From Candidatus Latescibacterota bacterium (GTDB lineage Bacteria; Latescibacterota; UBA2968; UBA8231), in assembly GCA_965208105.1 (NCBI GenBank), contig OZ242318.1:4096001-4160000 (forward strand): a stretch of DNA of 64,000 nt. Direction: 5' to 3'. Under the pieces are notes generated by a model. The model ran no database searches, was not told the origin of the DNA, and saw only the letters and a program-made list of their open reading frames with translations. The position numbers and the translations under genes are program-made. Of the stretch, positions 59,333 through 64,000 are shown one piece after another. Position 1 is the stretch's first letter; every line of letters starts with the position of its first letter.

Positions 59333-61351
59333 ATGTTCCGCACCGCGCACACCCATCTGATCATCCCGGTTATCTGTTTTCTTACCGCAGCTGGCGATCC
59401 CCTTGCGGCGCAGCAGCCGGCCCCCGTTTACTCGCCGGCCGCAGAAAAGATGTTCCACAAGGGAATTGAAGCGTACAGAGCGGGAAAGTACGAGCAGGCG
59501 CGGAGCTACACCGAGAAAATTCTGGAACTGGCGCCGAACCAGCGCTCCAGTGCCGCCCAACTGGTCCTTGGCAAAGCGTTGTTCCGGCTGCGCGAGTACG
59601 AGTCGGCCCTGGATGCGGCAAGGCAATTGCAGGAAAGATTCGGCGCCAGCCGTTACATTGCCGACTCTCACGTGGTGGCAGGAGATTCACACTATGCATT
59701 GAGCCGCTACTCTGAAGCCGCCGCGCAGTACGGCCGCGTGCTGTCCATGCCGGCGTCGCTGGAGCTGCAGGCCAGCGCCGCCGAGCGCCTGGCCGGGATG
59801 GGCAAGAACGGCCTTGTCCGGGAGGAAGCCCTTGACCGGATCAGGCGGGAGGTCGGCGCCGAGCGTCTTCGGGATGCCCTTCTGTTTGGAGAGGCATACT
59901 GGTATCGGCGCCTGGGCTGGGAGGCTCAGAGCCGAGAGGTGATGCAGACCTACCTGGACAGGTTTCCCCGTGGCATTTTCAGACCGTTGGCTGAAGGTTC
60001 GGATCCCCGGGCAGGCGCGAGGCAAACAGGGCCCGGCTCCCCGGACCCGGATCCGGTGCAGGTCGATGGAGGCAGGCAAGAGCCATTGCCGCGCCTGGGC
60101 CTGCTGCTGCCCCTATCCGGTCCCCAGCACCAGATCGGGGAAGACCTGTACGCCGGAATACAGTTGGCCAATGAGGAGTTGGGCGATCCCTTCGAGTTCA
60201 TTGTGGCGGACACGGGGTTCGAATATGGTGACCTGGTCATCGAAGAGAGCGAGAGCAACAAACTCCTGCGAATCGTCCTCGCCACCAAAACCCTGATTGA
60301 AGAGGAAGGGGTCGTGGCCATAATCGGCCCGGTCTTCAGCAGTTCCTGCGTTGCTGCAGCCGTCGTGGCCGCATCCGCCGGTGTGCCCCTGGTCGTACCC
60401 TTGGCGGACCAGAGCGGCCTGGATTCCCTGGGCAGGCATGTTTTTCAGATCAAGTCCGTTCCCGAAGTGCAGGGAAGGGTTCTGGCGGAGTACGCAACCC
60501 TGGTGCTGGGCATGGAAAAACTGGTGGCGATCGTCCCTCTGAGCGACTACGGCTGGAATTTCAGCCAGGAGTTCGCCGCCGTTGCCTACGCCAATGGAGG
60601 CGATGTGGTTTACATGGACTGGTACTACCCCGGGCAGACCAGGGACTTCAAATATTTTTTTGAAGAGGTGCGCCGGGTCGGATTCGCCCTGGAGCCGGTG
60701 GCGGAACCCGATTCAGCTGCCTTGGCATCCGCGGACTCATTATTGCAGACCGGTGGGACGGAACCTGTAGCCGATCCCCTCGGCGAGGAGGAGGCGGAAG
60801 TCGATTCCGCCGAGCTGTTCATCTCCACGATCGATGGAATAGCCGTTGTGGTGGAGGATTTTAAAGATGTCCAGACCATTGTTCCGCAGCTCTACTTTCA
60901 CCGCCTGGAAACCCGGATCCTGGGTAATGACGTGTGGAACAGCCCCGGAAGAATCCGCCAGATGGGCCGGATCGACCGCGCCCATCTCAAGGGAGCTGTC
61001 TTTGTTACGCAGCGCCAGGACTCGGCGCCGCTGGCAAGGGCGTTCATGGATTCCTTTCGCCGGCGCTTCGCACGAAACCCCGACCTCGCGGCCTATGGAT
61101 ACGACGCCGCCAGGCTGATCATTGGCGGCTGGACGCAGGGGCAACAGAGCAGAAGCGCCCTGGGCGAATGGCTCTCCGCCGTGCATGGATACGAGGGCGC
61201 CTCGGGAAGGATAAGCTTTGCAGCCGGAGGCCGCGCAAACGACGAACTGGTATTGCAGAAGATCGATCACAGGGGAAGGGTAGTCCCCCTCGAACCGGAA
61301 GACCTGCCCGATCTGGGCCCGGGGGATGACGAATTGTCCCCGGCAGAATAG
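59333..61351 (+). CDS. Exported TPR plus periplasmic-binding type I domain protein (LpoA/LppC-like)
   Basis: Signal peptide and TPR-like helices, then LGLLLPLSG, AIIGPVFS, AAYGYDAA and EGASGRISF. Confidence 0.75.
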   Translation: MFRTAHTHLIIPVICFLTAAGDPLAAQQPAPVYSPAAEKMFHKGIEAYRAGKYEQARSYTEKILELAPNQRSSAAQLVLGKALFRLREYESALDAARQLQERFGASRYIADSHVVAGDSHYALSRYSEAAAQYGRVLSMPASLELQASAAERLAGMGKNGLVREEALDRIRREVGAERLRDALLFGEAYWYRRLGWEAQSREVMQTYLDRFPRGIFRPLAEGSDPRAGARQTGPGSPDPDPVQVDGGRQEPLPRLGLLLPLSGPQHQIGEDLYAGIQLANEELGDPFEFIVADTGFEYGDLVIEESESNKLLRIVLATKTLIEEEGVVAIIGPVFSSSCVAAAVVAASAGVPLVVPLADQSGLDSLGRHVFQIKSVPEVQGRVLAEYATLVLGMEKLVAIVPLSDYGWNFSQEFAAVAYANGGDVVYMDWYYPGQTRDFKYFFEEVRRVGFALEPVAEPDSAALASADSLLQTGGTEPVADPLGEEEAEVDSAELFISTIDGIAVVVEDFKDVQTIVPQLYFHRLETRILGNDVWNSPGRIRQMGRIDRAHLKGAVFVTQRQDSAPLARAFMDSFRRRFARNPDLAAYGYDAARLIIGGWTQGQQSRSALGEWLSAVHGYEGASGRISFAAGGRANDELVLQKIDHRGRVVPLEPEDLPDLGPGDDELSPAE

Positions 61352-61585
61352 CTCGGCACCTGAGAACAGGCCGATTCAGCGAAGTGCCGAGGAAGGTTGG
61401 GATGCTCCGATGTCCCTTTGTTCAGGCCGCCGGTCTCGCGGAAATCTTGCGCATGGGAGGCAGGCATTTTATATTTTACGGCTCTGATAACCAGTACACC
61501 TACCCCGCCGGACTGTTGCGCGGCTGCAGCTAACAAGGGCGGCGCTTCTAACACAAATTGCCATATTGAGTTGCGGACGATATCC

Positions 61586-61915
61586 ATGCCCACCTACGAT
61601 TATGAATGTCAAAAATGCGGACATCAGTTCGAGGCCTTTCAAAGCATCACGGCTGAACCGTTGAAAACATGCGCCAAGTCGGATTGCAGGGGCGAGGTCA
61701 AGCGACTCATAGGCGCTGGGGCGGGGCTGCTTTTCAAGGGATCCGGATTCTACATTACGGACTACCGCAGCGAAGGATATCAAAAGGCGGCCAAGGCAGA
61801 AAAGGGCGACGGGGCAAAGGGTGAAGGGGCAAAAGGAGAAGGGGCCAAGGGCGAGGCTGCCAAGAAGGAATCCAAGTCCTCATCCAGTTCATCCGGTAAT
61901 TCCAAGGAGAATTGA
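61586..61915 (+). CDS. FmdB family zinc-ribbon protein
   Basis: MPTYDYECQKCGH.FE..Q, C...C and FKGSGFYITDY; low-complexity tail. Confidence 0.92.
   Translation: MPTYDYECQKCGHQFEAFQSITAEPLKTCAKSDCRGEVKRLIGAGAGLLFKGSGFYITDYRSEGYQKAAKAEKGDGAKGEGAKGEGAKGEAAKKESKSSSSSSGNSKEN
61811..61855 (+). repeat. Three imperfect 15-nt coding repeats (GAKGE x3)
   Basis: GGGGCAAAGGGTGAA, GGGGCAAAAGGAGAA and GGGGCCAAGGGCGAG. Confidence 0.7.
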
Positions 61916-61919
61916 GCGG

Positions 61920-62483
61920 ATGGAATTCAGGGGAACTTATACGAAGAATACAAGGTTGAATAAACCGGTTATTTCCAGGTCGTGGCTTACAGGTGTAGCC
62001 ATTTTGGCAGCAGGATGGGGGATATGCCTGTGGGGGATGGCAGGTTGCGCGGATCAGACTCCCGAGCAACTGTTTTCCGCGGCAGAAGCCGCCGCCGCGG
62101 ATTCCTCGGGGCAGGATCGCGCCGTTCAGCACTTGACCGAGTTCCTGGGTCGATATCCGCAGCACGAGAGTTCTCCCAAAGCGCTCAAGCTGCTCGCCGT
62201 GATCGAGCAACAAAGGGGAAATGCGGAGGAATCAATATCCTATTACGAGCGTCTCCTCAGCGAGTATCCCAACAGCGGTCATGAGGCGGAAGCTCAGTTC
62301 ATGGTGGCCTACCTGCACGAGGAATACCTGCGGGATCTGGAACGGGCGCGGCTGGCCTATCAGCTGGTGATCGACAACTATCCCGAATCGGAACTGGCCG
62401 CCAGTGCCCGGTTTCTGATCTCCCATCTTGGACAGGACCCGGAAGAGTGGGTAGAGTTCGGGAACGGGAGTTCACCGCCCTGA
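61920..62483 (+). CDS. TPR-containing putative lipoprotein (BamD/YbgF-like repeats)
   Basis: Lipobox-like MAGC and repeated YP.S TPR caps; start uncertain. Confidence 0.75.
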   Translation: MEFRGTYTKNTRLNKPVISRSWLTGVAILAAGWGICLWGMAGCADQTPEQLFSAAEAAAADSSGQDRAVQHLTEFLGRYPQHESSPKALKLLAVIEQQRGNAEESISYYERLLSEYPNSGHEAEAQFMVAYLHEEYLRDLERARLAYQLVIDNYPESELAASARFLISHLGQDPEEWVEFGNGSSPP

Positions 62484-62654
62484 CCATGTTGGCCGGGCGG
62501 TGCAGGGGCGCTGCCAGCCCGCCTCACCTCCCCCCTATCTCATTCCAGTACAGGGGCCGGTTCGTCCTGTCCGCCCAGTTCTCATCCCTGCGGGCGGGGG
62601 GGTCATCCGGTGCCCGGCTCCCGGTTGGTTGCCGGCGGATATGCATGCAGAGGA

Positions 62655-63650
62655 ATGGCTGAGAGCTTAGATATTCAGGCGATCGATGAGCGGGTGCAGG
62701 GGGAAAGCGTCCTGGTGGACCGCATTTTCCAGGAAATGGACCGGGTCATCATCGGCCAGCGCTACATGTTGGAGCGATTGCTGATCGGCATTTTCTGCAG
62801 CGGGCATGTGCTGCTGGAAGGGGTTCCCGGCCTGGCCAAGACCCTCACTGTGCGCACCTTGGCCGCGATCATCCAGGCCAGCTTCAAACGCATTCAGTTC
62901 ACCCCTGACCTGTTGCCCGCGGACTTGACGGGAACGCTGATCTACCACCAGCCGGAGGGGCGGTTCGTTCCCAGGAAGGGACCCATCTTCGCCAACCTTC
63001 TCCTGGCCGACGAGATCAATCGCGCCCCGGCCAAGGTGCAGAGCGCGTTGCTCGAATGTATGCAGGAGCGCCAGGTGACATTGGGCGACGAGACCTATTG
63101 TCTGGACGATCCCTTCCTGGTTATGGCGACCCAGAACCCCATCGAGCAGGAGGGCACCTATCCGCTCCCCGAAGCCCAGGTCGATCGTTTCATGCTGAAG
63201 ATCAAGGTCGGATATCCCGGCCGGGAAGAGGAGCGGCGGATTCTGGAGCGCATGGCCGCCGGCGGAGAAGTTGAGGTGGACCCCGTGGTGGCTCTCGATG
63301 ACATCCGGCGCCTGCGCGCGGCGGTCCAACTGGTCTACATGGATGACAAGATCAAGGATTACATCGTCAATTTGGTCTACGCCACCCGTCTTCCGCAGGA
63401 GATCGGCCTCGAGGACATGGTCGACCTCATCGAATACGGGGCATCCCCGAGAGCGACGATATTCCTGGCCCGCGCCGCCCGCGCCCACGCATTCATGCGC
63501 CGACGGGCCTACGTGACCCCTGAAGACGTCAAGGCGATCGGAGCCGATGTGTTGCGGCACCGCATCGTGGTCAGCTATGAGGCCGAGGCCGAAGAGATCG
63601 ACGCGGAGCAAATCGTCCGCAGGCTCTTCGACCACGTCGAGGTTCCATAA
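62655..63650 (+). CDS. moxR: MoxR family AAA ATPase
   Basis: LLEGVPGLAKT, RIQFTPDLLPAD, DEINRAPAKVQSALLE, ATQNP.E.EGTY.LPEAQ.DRF and GASPR. Confidence 0.95.
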   Translation: MAESLDIQAIDERVQGESVLVDRIFQEMDRVIIGQRYMLERLLIGIFCSGHVLLEGVPGLAKTLTVRTLAAIIQASFKRIQFTPDLLPADLTGTLIYHQPEGRFVPRKGPIFANLLLADEINRAPAKVQSALLECMQERQVTLGDETYCLDDPFLVMATQNPIEQEGTYPLPEAQVDRFMLKIKVGYPGREEERRILERMAAGGEVEVDPVVALDDIRRLRAAVQLVYMDDKIKDYIVNLVYATRLPQEIGLEDMVDLIEYGASPRATIFLARAARAHAFMRRRAYVTPEDVKAIGADVLRHRIVVSYEAEAEEIDAEQIVRRLFDHVEVP

Positions 63651-63675
63651 GGTATTTTCAAAGTCCGCGGCTGCC

Positions 63676-64000
63676 GTGATTCCCAAAGAGATTCTCAGAA
63701 AAGTACACCTGATCGATATTCATACCCGCAGCGTGGTGAACAATCTCTTTGCGGGCGACTACCACTCGGTATTCAAGGGCCAGGGGATGGAGTTCTCGGA
63801 GGTGCGCGAGTACCAGCCGGGGGACGATATCCGCACCATCGATTGGAACGTGACCGCCCGGATGGGTACTCCCTATGTCAAGATGTTCGAGGAGGAACGC
63901 GAGCTCTCCGTGGTGCTCGTGGTCGACGCCAGCGCTTCGGGCAGCTTTGGCAGCGGTTCCCAGATGAAGGGGGAGATCGGGGTCGAGATATCGGCGCTCC
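63676..64000 (+). CDS. DUF58 (VWA-like) protein, 3'-truncated by the window edge
   Basis: GTG start; FKGQGMEFSEVREYQPGDDIRTIDWNVTAR..VK.FEEERE..VDASAS. Not in the ORF track because it has no stop in the window. Confidence 0.9.
   Translation, partial: MIPKEILRKVHLIDIHTRSVVNNLFAGDYHSVFKGQGMEFSEVREYQPGDDIRTIDWNVTARMGTPYVKMFEEERELSVVLVVDASASGSFGSGSQMKGEIGVEISAL

Noticed and set aside
61811-61855. CRISPR-like or functional repeat array
   Set aside because: Three degenerate 15-nt coding repeats without spacers in a low-complexity FmdB tail.

Overview
A GC-rich, gene-dense bacterial chromosomal window with about 58 CDS, one tRNA-Arg(TCT), no rRNA, no CRISPR and no transposase. Main content in order: (1) a partial GcvT-domain dehydrogenase and a homocysteine S-methyltransferase, suggesting betaine demethylation; (2) ispH followed by a bacterial microcompartment (BMC) locus with a vertex protein, a BMC-H, two 2-domain shell proteins, an unusual 4-domain shell protein, an acylating aldehyde dehydrogenase, PduL and a Cys-rich protein with an encapsulation peptide, but no signature enzyme; (3) a split feoB operon with two DtxR-family regulators and a visible operator; (4) many sugar-acid and amino-acid catabolic genes, two tandem PhyH dioxygenases and rtcB; (5) housekeeping genes ddl, htpG and proA; (6) an egtD-senA-senB selenoneine cluster in which senB has an in-frame TGA followed by a SECIS-like hairpin, next to an OsmF/EgtU-like ABC transporter; (7) lon under a sigma54 promoter with a pseudo-receiver activator, an atypical ClpX, and moxR-DUF58. 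A 166-bp ERIC/MITE-like palindromic element lies at about 24.0 kb. The best candidates for new biology are the 4+2-domain BMC shell pair and the UGA/SECIS-like signal in senB. The gene content (PhyH paralogs, BMC, orphan glycoside hydrolases) is reminiscent of Latescibacterota/Poribacteria-like organisms, but that is inference only. All calls come from motif recognition by eye; no searches were run.
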